DNA of 64,000 nucleotides from Ranitomeya imitator. Lineage: Eukaryota. The DNA is taken from the NCBI RefSeq assembly GCF_032444005.1, contig NC_091289.1:9238001-9302000 (forward strand). The letters are read 5' to 3'. The notes beneath the pieces were generated by a model. The model saw only the letters and a program-made list of their open reading frames with translations, did not search any database and was not told the origin of the DNA. Positions 46,469 to 57,900 of this stretch are shown here, piece after piece. Made by a program: the position numbers and the translations under genes. How positions within the stretch are numbered: position 1 is the stretch's first letter; each line of letters begins with the position of its first letter.

Positions 46469-46964
46469 CAGTCTTGCGCTTCATCATATTAATACTTTCA
46501 GTTCTTTCCTCTGGAGCTGCAGGGATGTAGGACACGGGGCTCCTGCTTCCGTCCTCGGGATTAATGACCTCCGGGCTCCGCGGACAGCAATCACTGCAGC
46601 ATCTTCTCTGGGGATTGTAGTTCTCTCTCCTGGAATCTGCCGCCGAATCCTTACACAGAATCAACTAACACAATCCCAATACACAACACATGTGCGACAC
46701 GTAACCTCACCGCCACATTCACCTCCGGCAGCCGCGTGAATAAGGCTCCACATGACAAACCAATAGGGTGACATGGAGCCAGAGACCGCGCCTGTGCTCC
46801 GCTGACAACCTCCAGGACCAGACACAGTGCAGGGAAAAAATCTTTACAAGTTCAAAGAAACCACAAAATCTTAACATTCTAGTGTTTCACTGTGGACATT
46901 TTGTTACAATTAGTATTATGTCACATCACCGTTACATTACTTGTATCGGCAGCTAAGCCAGTTA

Positions 46965-47057
46965 TGCTGATGATTATCTCTCCCATTGTCTGCACTTTTA
47001 TTAAGAAGTGAAATAGTGACCCAGATTTTATATGTAAATATTTTTGCCACCACTGTA
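46965..47057. mobile_element. Terminal fragment of a Tc1-like element
   Basis: Ends aaatatttttgccaccactg|ta, a Tc1-type TIR (CAGTG...) followed by TA. Confidence 0.5.
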
Positions 47058-47146
47058 TACAAACCCCGAGAGGCAGAAAATAGTGTACGAATCCATATGC
47101 TGGATGACGGCTGTATAAAAGCCGAAAAAAGAGCGCAGGAGCTACC

Positions 47147-48330
47147 TCAGGATCAGTAATGTAATGTATGTACACAGTGACTGCACCAGCAGAATAGTGA
47201 GTGCAGCTCTGGGGTATAATACAGGATGTAACTCAGTTTCAGTAATGTAATGTATGTACACAGTGACTGCACCAGCAGAATAGTGAGTGCAGCTCTGGGG
47301 TATAATACAGGAGGTAACTCAGGATCAGTAATGTATGTACACAGTGATTGCACCAGCAGAATAGTGAGTGCAGCTCTGGGGTATAATACAGGATGTAACT
47401 CAGGATCAGTAATGTAATGTATGTACACAGTGACTGCACCAGCAGAATAGTGAGTGCAGCTCTGGGGTATAATACAGGATGTAACTCAGGATCAGTAATG
47501 TAATGTATGTACACAGTGACTGCACCAGCAGAATAGTGAGTGCAGCTCTGGGGTATAATACAGGAGGTAACTCGGGATCAGTAATGTAATGTATGTACAC
47601 AGTGACTGCACCAGCAGAATAGTGAGTGCAGCTCTGGGGTATAATACAGGAGGTAACTCAGGATCAGTAATGTAATGTATGTACACAGTGACTGCACCAG
47701 CAGAATAGTGAGTGCAGCTCTGGGGTATAATACAGGATGTAACTCAGGATCAGTAATGTAATGTATGTACACAGTGACTGCACCAGCAGAATAGTGAGTG
47801 CAGCTCTGGGGTATAATACAGGAGGTAACTCGGGATCAGTAATGTAATGTATGTACACAGTGACTGCACCAGCAGAATAGTGAGTGCAGCTCTGGGGTAT
47901 AATACAGGAGGTAACTCAGGATCAGTAATGTAATGTATGTACACAGTGACTGCACCAGCAGAATAGTGAGTGCAGCTCTGGAGTATAATACAGGATGTAA
48001 CTCAGGATCAGTAATGTAATGTATGTACACAGTGACTGCACCAGCAGAATAGTGAGTGCAGCTCTGGAGTATAATACTGGATGTAACTCAGGATCGGTAA
48101 TGTAATGTATGTACACAGTGACTGCACCAGCAGAATAGTGAGTGCAGCTCTGGGGTATAATACAGGATGTAACTCAGGATCAGTAATGTAATTCATGTAC
48201 ACAGTGACTGCACCAGCAGAATAGTGAGTGCAGCTCTGGGTATAATACAGGATGTAACTCAGGATCGGTAATGTAATGTATGTACACAGTGACTGTTCTA
48301 GCAGAATAGTGAGTGCAGCTCTGGGGTATA
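47147..48330 (+). repeat. Second array of the 86-bp minisatellite (about 13.5 units), uninterrupted
   Basis: Same unit and orientation as 6180-6844 and 14431-14870. Confidence 0.97.
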
Positions 48331-48564
48331 GTCCTAGACAATAATGCAGGAGATATTACTTTTGAACATTTGCTTTTATTTTCTATGTGACCCCAATAAT
48401 CCGCACTGGATACATTGTATGTTCTGTGAAGCAGAATTGATACATTTCCCCCCGATTTCCTCCGCTCGGCCCCTTCTCTCCCTGTGACCTGGATTTGTCC
48501 CCGGTCACTTTCCTCCTCGGTACTTACCCATCAGACAGGTGTATTCTTAATACGTTTATGTGAA

Positions 48565-48675
48565 GCCAATTATCACTTTGCCACCTTAGCGCGGATTGCA
48601 AATGATTAATAGAGACCTAAATCCTTTGGTGCTGACACCGATGATGGGGGCTTACCCAAAGTGGCACGTTATAAA
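48565..48675 (+). promoter_or_regulatory. Rhodopsin proximal promoter: Ret-1/PCE-1, BAT-1, NRE, Ret-4-like site, TATA box
   Basis: GCCAATTA 48565-48572; GGATTgcaaatGATTAAT about 48593-48610; TGCTGAC 48630-48636; GGCTTA about 48649-48654; TATAAA 48670-48675; same order as in characterised vertebrate rod opsin promoters. Confidence 0.8.
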
Positions 48676-48812
48676 GAGCCGGGGTCCCGCGCTCACTCTG
48701 TAGAGCGGCTCTATTGGGAACAGAGGGTTTTTCGGGTGTCTCTGAGCACGAGATACAAAAAAGTGGTTTCTTTCTAGATTAGTGGGGGAGGGGACTTTTA
48801 AGAGCCGCCACT

Positions 48813-49173
48813 ATGAATGGAACAGAAGGTCCTAATTTTTACATACCCATGTCCAACAAGACTGGGGTGGTACGAAGCCCCTTTGATTACCCTCAGTACT
48901 ACCTGGCAGAGCCATGGAAATACTCCGCTTTGGCCGCTTACATGTTCTTGCTCATTCTTCTTGGGCTCCCAATCAATTTCATGACCTTGTACGTCACCAT
49001 CCAGCACAAGAAACTCCGAACACCCTTAAACTATATCCTGCTGAACTTGGCGTTTGCCAACCATTTCATGATCCTGTGTGGATTCACCGTCACCATGTAC
49101 ACCTCCATGCACGGATACTTCATCTTCGGGCAGACCGGGTGCTACTTCGAAGGCTTCTTTGCTACCCTTGGTG
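48813..49173 (+). CDS. RHO: Rhodopsin (RH1) exon 1
   Basis: [24 protein letters not shown]...; N2/N15 glycosylation sequons, N83, C110, E113; G|gtgagt; 361 bp. Confidence 0.99.
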
Positions 49174-49317
49174 GTGAGTTGGGCGTCCATTTCCCCGGCT
49201 GGGGATTGGGTTTCTGGGTCTTCTGCTTCATCGAGTGGCAGGTCCTTTGTTCCGCGCAGGATGGGGGTGTGAATACTTTTTTAATAATTAGACCAAGTTA
49301 TGGTCGATTTTGAGTAC

Positions 49318-50166
49318 AAAGATGCCGTCCTCCACTTGGGGGTCCCAGACGTCCTCCACTGGGGGTCCCAGATACCATCCTCCACTGGGGGTCCCAGATA
49401 CCATCCTCTACTGGCGGTCACAGATCCAGTCCTCCACTGGGGGTCACAGATCCAATTCTCCACTGGGAGTCCCAGACGCCATCCTCCACTGGGGGGTCAC
49501 AGATGCCGTCCTCCACTGGGGGTCCCAGATCCAGTCCTCCACTGGGAGACCCAGATGCCGTCCTCCACTGGGGGTCACAGATCCAATTCTCCACTGGGGG
49601 TCCCAGATACCATCCTCCACTGGGAGTCCCAGATGCCGTCCTCCACTGGCGGTCACAGATCCAGTCCTCCACTGGGGGTCCCAGATACCATCCTCCACTG
49701 GGAGTCCCAGATGCCGTCCTCCACTGGGGGTCACAGACGCCATCATCCACTGGGAGTCCCAGACGCCATCCTCCACTGGGGTCCCAGACGTCATCCTCCA
49801 CTGGGGGTCCCAGATCCAGTCCTCCACTGGGAGTCCCAGATCCAATGCTCCAATGTGAGTCCCAGACGTCATCCTCCACTGGGGGTCTCAAGCCATCCTC
49901 CACTGGGGGTCACAGACGCTATCCTCCACTGGGGGTCCCAGAAGCCATTCTTCACTGGCGGTCACAGATGTCATCATCCACTGGGGTCCCAGACGCCATC
50001 ATCCACTGGGGGTCCCAGATACCATCCTTCACTGGGGGTCACAGACGCCATCATCCACTGGGGGTCCCAGATGCCATCATCCACTGGATGTCCCAGATGC
50101 CATCATCCACTGGGGGTCACAGTTCCCATCCTCCACTGGGGGTCCCAGATGTCGTCCTCCACTGGG
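49318..50166. repeat. 26-bp minisatellite (about 32 copies) in RHO intron 1
   Basis: Unit ctccactgggggtcccagataccatc. Confidence 0.95.
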
Positions 50167-50292
50167 GAACGTAAATACTGTCCTGCACTGAGGTTCTGGA
50201 TGCCATCCTCCATCCCGGACTCTCCAAGTCTTCCTCATCATGTTAGACTTTTACCATGCCCAGCCCTGAATTTCTTTCCTTCTCTCTGACAG

Positions 50293-50461
50293 GTGAGATG
50301 TCCCTTTGGTCGCTGGTGGTCTTGGCCATTGAGCGATACGTGGTCGTCTGTAAGCCCATGAGCAACTTCCGATTTGGTGAGAACCATGCGATCATGGGTG
50401 TGGCGTTCACCTGGATCATGGCTTTGTCCTGTGCTATGCCTCCACTCTTTGGATGGTCCAG
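50293..50461 (+). CDS. RHO: Rhodopsin exon 2
   Basis: gacag|GT GAG ATG...TCC AG|gtaggt; E122, ERY motif, A164; 169 bp. Confidence 0.99.
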
Positions 50462-51002
50462 GTAGGTCTAGAACCAAGAATAGCACTACAACCCACATCA
50501 TGTAATGCTACTACATATACATATTAATCTAATTTCTCAGTTACAATAGTTCTAATATCAGATTTCACTTTATAGACTATAGATTATTAAATAGATGTCT
50601 TGGACCTAGTGAGATTGGTGTACTTACTGTGACAATCAATGGCTGAGTGATCATACGAGTAAAATAAGCACTTTGTGAGTCCAGCTAAAGAGTCAGAGAG
50701 CTCATGAGTCTGATGTATTCATTCTCTGCCCCCCTACAGCCTTACTGACAGCCGCAGCTTGTACTGAGCAGTGTGAGATCTCAGTAGGGAGGAGGGACCT
50801 TGAGGAGCTGTCAATCAGGAAAGGTGGGCGGAGAATGACTAAAAATTATTATACATCCATTCTAACATGGAGGGTAAAAGGTAAGGTCACCAGCCTCATC
50901 AGGTCTAAAGGATCTATATAATAATGCAAGCAGTTTGTACTGTGAGAAAAAAACAACTGTCGTGTGATACTGCCGTATCTAAGCCTCCGTACCCTTGTGC
51001 AG

Positions 51003-51168
51003 ATACATCCCTGAGGGGATGCAGTGCTCGTGCGGAGTTGACTACTACACCCTGAAGCCGGAGGTGAACAACGAGTCGTTTGTGATCTACATGTTCATCG
51101 TCCACTTCACCATCCCCCTGACCGTCATCTTCTTCTGCTATGGCCGACTGGTGTGCACCGTGAAGGAG
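51003..51168 (+). CDS. RHO: Rhodopsin exon 3
   Basis: gtgcag|A TAC ATC CCT GAG...GAG|gtgagg; [16 protein letters not shown]; 166 bp. Confidence 0.99.
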
Positions 51169-51263
51169 GTGAGGCATGAGGCACCGGGGGCCTCCGTTCT
51201 GTCGCTGGCACCTTGTCCCTCAGGGGTCCGGACATTGTGCTCACTCCTGTCCTCGCTCCACAG

Positions 51264-51503
51264 GCAGCAGCCCAACAGCAGGAATCCGCCACCACCCAGA
51301 AGGCCGAGAAAGAGGTCACCCGCATGGTGGTCATCATGGTGGTCTTCTTCCTGATTTGCTGGGTTCCCTACGCCAGTGTCGCTTTCTTCATCTTCACCCA
51401 TCAAGGCTCTGAATTCGGCCCAGTCTTCATGACTCTGCCGGCTTTCTTTGCCAAGAGCTCTGCCATCTACAACCCCGTCATCTACATCATGCTCAACAAG
51501 CAG
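51264..51503 (+). CDS. RHO: Rhodopsin exon 4
   Basis: ccacag|GCA GCA GCC...CAG|gtaggt; K296 in [13 protein letters not shown] motif; 240 bp. Confidence 0.99.
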
Positions 51504-52153
51504 GTAGGTCACCTCAAAAGTCTCCGAACTTTCCCCGATCCTCCCAATATGGTGTCTCTAGGGTCTGACCAATAAGAAAGCTGCATGAGACCATCACAAG
51601 AAAGGGTAAATAGAAGATTCCAAGCTCAAGCTCCTCCCCCTAACAGACTCCGCCCCCGAGGATCTTATTTTTCTCATTGGAGGTTTAGCTACTTGCAGAT
51701 TATAAGATTATAATTTTTCATCCCTTCGTGTGATATTATCATCATGTCCCCATGCACCGACCTCCTGCTGAGCCTGTCTTATACACAGCAACCAAAACCA
51801 CAGCTGCAGTGTAAAGCATGAAAGACAAAAGTTGAAGCCTTAGATTTCTGATTACCAGAGACTTCCAAAGAAAACTCAGCTAAGCGAGAGCCGACGATCG
51901 TAGCTATGATTTAATAGAACAGTTGCAGTGTAAAGCATGAGGGACAATCTAGAAGCCCTTGACGTTAATGAGTCAGGAGGTGGAGTTCAGACCACCATAG
52001 ACTTCAAAGGGAAATGCAGATATACACATGCCATAATAAAACCAGAGCAGCAGTGTAAAGCATGGGGGACAGAGAAAAAAAAAATTCCAGCTCATAAAGT
52101 TTGTAAACTTGCAGTTCCCCGATATCGCTGACGTCTCCTCTTTACTCCCACAG

Positions 52154-52282
52154 TTCCGTAACTGCATGATCACCACCCTGTGCTGCGGTAAGAATCCCTT
52201 TGGTGATGATGACACTTCCTCTGCCGCCACTTCCAAAACAGAAGCTTCTTCTGTGTCTTCCAGCCAGGTGTCTCCGGCATAA
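52154..52282 (+). CDS. RHO: Rhodopsin exon 5
   Basis: cacag|TTC CGT AAC...GCA TAA; C322/C323 and the QVSPA end; total CDS 1065 bp = 354 aa. Confidence 0.99.
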   Translation, partial: FRNCMITTLCCGKNPFGDDDTSSAATSKTEASSVSSSQVSPA

Positions 52283-52718
52283 GAGCGCCCACCAGGCCTG
52301 TCTCAGGGTCCGCTGCCTCACTCAGCACCCACCACCCCCACTCCGCCTCCTTCTCGCCAAGGCGACGATTTACGCAAAAGCCCCCTTCCATTACGTTACA
52401 CGTATCTGCCCCCCGAGAAAGAAGAGCCGCGCTGAACCCCTTCACTGCTGACGCAGACGCTTCGGGGCCCTCACGGCAGCGCAGGGGTCGTCCTACGAAG
52501 ACTGTAAATATCCCACTAGGTCCCAACGACGAGAGACTCCATGCGCCACTGCTCCGTAGCCGCCATCCCCCGGGGCAGAGCCGCAGTCTCCGGACACTTC
52601 ATACCTCCTATATTTTTTGCAATGCAACAGAAGAGAATATTTTTGTAAAGTTTTATCGTCTTCTGCTTTTTCTCGGTAAGGTCTGGTAGTGACGGTTAGG
52701 CCGACCCGCTGCACCTGT

Positions 52719-52724
52719 AATAAA
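52719..52724 (+). terminator. RHO poly(A) signal AATAAA
   Basis: First AATAAA after the stop (about 440 nt), followed by a GT/T-rich element (tgtctttttgtgtc). Confidence 0.75.
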
Positions 52725-52792
52725 GAGCACTTTGCAAGTAAAAAGAAACAAAAAATCAAATGTCTTTTTGTGTCACTGAAGTTCCTGCCGTC

Positions 52793-54312
52793 TGGGAGAC
52801 CCGACCCCGTCCCATAGTGGCCAAGAGACCCGACCCCGTCCCATAGTGGCCGAGAGACCCGACCCCGTCCCAGAGTGGCCGGGAGACCCGACCCCGTCCC
52901 ATAGTGGCCTGGAGACCCGACCCCCCATCCCATAGTGGCCGGGAGACCCGAACCCCCATCCCATACTGGCCAGGAGACCCGACCCCGTTCCATAGTTGCC
53001 GGGAGACCCAACCCCCCCCCCATCCCATAGTGGCCAGGAGACCCGACCCTGTCCCATAGTGGCCGGGAGATCCGACCCCCCATCCCATAGTGGCCGGGAG
53101 ACCCGACCCCCATCCCATAGTGGCCAAGAGACCCAACCCCGTCCCATAGTGGCCGGGAGACCCGACCCCGCCCCATAGTGGCCAAGAGACCTGACCCCGC
53201 CCCATAGTGGCCGAGAGACCTGACCCCGCCCCATAGTGGCCGAGAGACCCGACCCCGTCCCATAGTGGCCGAGAGACCCGACCCCGTCCCAGAGTGGCCA
53301 AGAGACCCAACCCCGTCCCATAGTGGCCGGGAGACCCGACCCCGCCCCATAGTGGCCGGGAGACCTGACCCCCCATCCCATAGTGGCCGGGAGACCCGAC
53401 CCCCATCCCATCGTGGCCGGGAGACCCGACCCCGTCCCATAGTGGCCGGGAGACCTGACCCCCCATCCCATACTGACCGGGAGACCTGACCCCCCATCCC
53501 ATAGTGGCCGGGAGACCCGACTCCGTCCCATACTGGCCGGGAGACCCGACCCCCCATCCCATAGTGGCCGGGAGACCCGACCCTGTCCCATAGTGGCCGG
53601 GAGACCTGACCCCGCCCCATAGTGGCCGGGAGACCCGACCCCATCCCATAATGGCCGGGAGACCTGACCCCGTCCCATAGTAGCCGAGAGACCCGACCCC
53701 CATCCCATAGTGGCCAAGAGACCCAACCCCGTCCCATAGTGGCCGGGAGACCCGACCCCGCCCCATAGTAGCCGGGAGACCTGACCCCCCATCCCATAGT
53801 GGCCGGGAGACCCGACCCCCATCCCATAGTGGCCGGGAGACCCGACCCCGTCCCATAGTGGCCGGGAGACCTGACCCCCCATCCCATACTGACCGGGAGA
53901 CCTGACCCCCCGTCCCACGTCCCATAGTTGCCGGGAGACCCGACCCCGTCCCATACTGGCCGGGAGACTCGACCCCCCATCCCATAGTGGCCGGGAGACC
54001 CGACCCTGTCCCATAGTGGCCGGGAGACCTGACCCCGCCCCATAGTGGCCGGGAGACCCGACCCCATCCCATAGTGGCCGGGAGACCTGACCCCCATCCC
54101 ATACTGGCCGGGAGACCTGACCCCCATCCCATACTTACCGGGAGACCCGACCCCATCCCATAGTGGCCAGGAGACCTGATCCCCTGTCCCATAGTGGCCC
54201 GGAGACCTGACCCCCCATCCCATAGTGGCCAGGAGACCAGACCCCCCATCCCATAGTGGCCGGGAGACCCGACCCCCATCCCATAGTGGCCGGGAGACCC
54301 GACCCCGGCCCA
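52793..54312. repeat. About 29-bp minisatellite (about 52 copies), G-rich on the minus strand
   Basis: Unit gggagacccgaccccgtcccatagtggcc with variable C-run length. Confidence 0.97.
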
Positions 54313-54912
54313 CACTGGCTGGTAGACCCGACCCTACTGCTCTGGAGACCCAATATTGTGCAGAAGTGGAGTTTTCACAAGAGTGTGCGGTGGGACTGTG
54401 GAAAGATCCAGGGGTGGAGGCAGAGCTGGGGTGGAGCTTGGGCGGAGTCTCAAGGGGCCCAGAAATTTTGCCACTATTTGGCCCTGAAATTCCTGGTGGC
54501 AGCCATGTGGGCTGTCAAATATCTCTTCACGTTCCACTTGGTGCTTAGGACGTGTTATCGGATGATCTCTGGTCTTACCTCTTTGCACACAACACACTAT
54601 AACATATCAGTCTGCCATCTGTCAGACCTTAGGTCTTTCTCTGCTGAACACTGGACCCTTTCTGACTCTTTATCAGGAAGCATCTTCTGACTTCCCACAT
54701 AGCCCCTCCCATTCTGGGCCAGTCCCAATTATTAACTCCATTAAGTGCATGCTAATTACAAAACAGAAAAAATCATGTTTAAAACCATGCAATGCATTAT
54801 ATCACAACACATATCTTCAAGGGGCCGTGGACAGCACATCCACTTCCTTACAACTGCACCATGCCCAACTATTAATACCCCAGCTAAAATTACTTCGCTG
54901 GCATCTGCCCCT

Positions 54913-57900
54913 GTGAGCTCGGCTGGAGCAGGAGGGGCACCCTCATCGCTTTATGAGCTCGGCTGGAGCAGGAGGGGCACGCTCATCGCTTTATGAGCTC
55001 GGCTGGAGCAGGATGGGCACGCTCATCGGTCTATGAGCTTGGCTGGAGCAGGAGGGGCACGCTCATCGCTTTATGAGCTCGGCTGGAGCAGGAGGGGCAC
55101 GCTCATCGGTCTATGAGCTTGGCTGGAGCAGGAGGGGCACGCTCATCGCTTTATGAGCTCGGCTGGAGCAGGAGGGGCATGCTCATCGGTCTATGAGCTT
55201 GGCTGGAGCAGGAGGGGCACGCTCATCGGTCTATGAGCTCGGCTGGAGCAGGAGGGGCACGCTCATCGGTCTATGAGCTCGGCTGGAGCAGGAGGGGCAC
55301 CCTCATCGCTTTATGAGCTCGGCTGGAGCAGGAGGGGCACGCTCATCGCTTTATGAGCTCGGCTGGAGCAGGAGGGGCACGCTCATCGGTCTATGAGCTT
55401 GGCTGGAGCAGGAGGGGCACGCTCATCGCTTTATGAGCTCGGCTGGAGCAGGAGGGGCACGCTCATCGGTCTATGAGCTCGGCTGGAGCAGGAGGGGCAC
55501 GCTCATCAGTCTATGAGCTCGGCTGGAGCAGAAGGGGCACGCTCATCAGTCTATGAGCTCGGCTGGAGCAGGAGGGGCACGCTCATCGCTTTATGAGCTT
55601 GGCTGGAGCAGGAGGGGCACGCTCATCGGTCTATGAGCTCGGCTGGAGCAGGGGGGGCACGCTCATCGCTTTATGAGCTCGGCTGGAGCAGGAGGGGCAT
55701 GCTCATCGGTCTATGAGCTCGGCTGGAGCAGGAGGGGCACGCTCATCGGTCTATGAGCTCGGCTGGAGCAGGAGGGGCACGCTCATCGGTCTATGAGCTC
55801 GGCTGGAGCAGGAGGGGCACGCTCATCGCTTTATGAGCTCGGCTGGAGCAGGAGGGGCATGCTCATCGGTCTATGAGCTTGGCTGGAGCAGGAGGGGCAC
55901 GCTCATCGCTTTATGAGCTCGGCTGGAGCAGGAGGGGCACGCTCATCGGTCTATGAGCTCGGCTGGAGCAGGAGGGGCACGCTCATCGGTCTATGAGCTC
56001 GGCTGGAGCAGGAGGGGCACGCTCATCAGTGTATGAGTTCGGCTGGAGCACGAGGGGCACGCTCATCGCTTTATGAGCTCGGCTGGAACACGAGGGGCAA
56101 ACTCATCATTCTATGAGCTTGGATGAATCAGGAGGGGCATGTTCATCGCTCCATGAGCTCAGCTGGAACAAGCGGGGCACGTTCATCGCTCTATGAGCTT
56201 GGCTGGAGCAGGAGGGGCACGCTCATCAGTCTATGAGTTCGGCTGGAGCAGGAGGGGCACGCTCATCACTCTAAGAGCTCGGCTGGAGCAGGAGGGGCAC
56301 GCTCATCAGTCTATAAGTTCGGCTGGAGCACAAGGGGCACGCTCATCACTATGAGCTCGGCTGGAGCAGGAGGGGCACACTCATCAGTCTATGAGCTCGG
56401 CTGGTGCAGAAGGGGCACGCTCATCAGTCTATGAGCTCGGCTGGTGCAGGACGGGCACGCTCATCGGTCTATGAGCTCGGCTGGTGCAGAAGGGGCACGC
56501 TCATCAGTCTATGAGCTCGGCTGGTGCAGAAGGGGCACGCTCATCAGTCTATGAGCTCGGCTGGTGCAGGAGGGGCACGCTCATCGGTCTATGAGCTCGG
56601 CTGGAGCAGGAGGGGCACGCTCATCGCTTTATGAGCTCGGCTGGAGCAGGAGGGGCACGCTCATCGGTCTATGAGCTTGGCTGGAGCAGGAGGGGCACGC
56701 TCATCGCTTTATGAGCTCGGCTGGAGCAGGAGGGGCACGCTCATCGGTCTATGAGCTCGGCTGGAGCAGGAGGGGCACGCTCATCAGTCTATGAGCTCGG
56801 CTGGAGCAGAAGGGGCACGCTCATCAGTCTATGAGCTCGGCTGGAGCAGGAGGGGCACGCTCATCGCTTTATGAGCTTGGCTGGAGCAGGAGGGGCACGC
56901 TCATCGGTCTATGAGCTCGGCTGGAGCAGGGGGGGCACGCTCATCGCTTTATGAGCTCGGCTGGAGCAGGAGGGGCATGCTCATCGGTCTATGAGCTCGG
57001 CTGGAGCAGGAGGGGCACGCTCATCGGTCTATGAGCTCGGCTGGAGCAGGAGGGGCACGCTCATCGGTCTATGAGCTCGGCTGGAGCAGGAGGGGCACGC
57101 TCATCGCTTTATGAGCTCGGCTGGAGCAGGAGGGGCATGCTCATCGGTCTATGAGCTTGGCTGGAGCAGGAGGGGCACGCTCATCGCTTTATGAGCTCGG
57201 CTGGAGCAGGAGGGGCACGCTCATCGGTCTATGAGCTCGGCTGGAGCAGGAGGGGCACACTCATCGGTCTATGAGCTCGGCTGGAGCAGGAGGGGCACGC
57301 TCATCAGTGTATGAGTTCGGCTGGAGCACGAGGGGCACGCTCATCGCTTTATGAGCTCGGCTGGAACAGGAGGGGCAAACTCATCATTCTATGAGCTTGG
57401 ATGAATCAGGAGGGGCATGTTCATCGCTCCATGAGCTCAGCTGGAACAAGCGGGGCACGTTCATCGCTCTATGAGCTTGGCTGGAGCAGGAGGGGCACGC
57501 TCATCAGTCTATGAGTTCGGCTGGAGCAGGAGGGGCACGCTCATCACTCTAAGAGCTCGGCTGGAGCAGGAGGGGCACGCTCATCAGTCTATAAGTTCGG
57601 CTGGAGCACAAGGGGCACGCTCATCACTATGAGCTCGGCTGGAGCAGGAGGGGCACACTCATCAGTCTATGAGCTCGGCTGGTGCAGAAGGGGCACGCTC
57701 ATCAGTCTATGAGCTCGGCTGGTGCAGGACGGGCACGCTCATCGGTCTATGAGCTCGGCTGGTGCAGAAGGGGCACGCTCATCAGTCTATGAGCTCGGCT
57801 GGTGCAGAAGGGGCACGCTCATCAGTCTATGAGCTCGGCTGGTGCAGGAGGGGCACGCTCATCGGTCTATGAGCTCGGCTGGTGCAGAAGGGGCACGCTC

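Noticed and set aside
49300-54315. Long ORFs in RHO intron 1 and downstream of RHO (GPGHYG-like, collagen/silk-looking)
   Set aside because: Minisatellite translation artefacts
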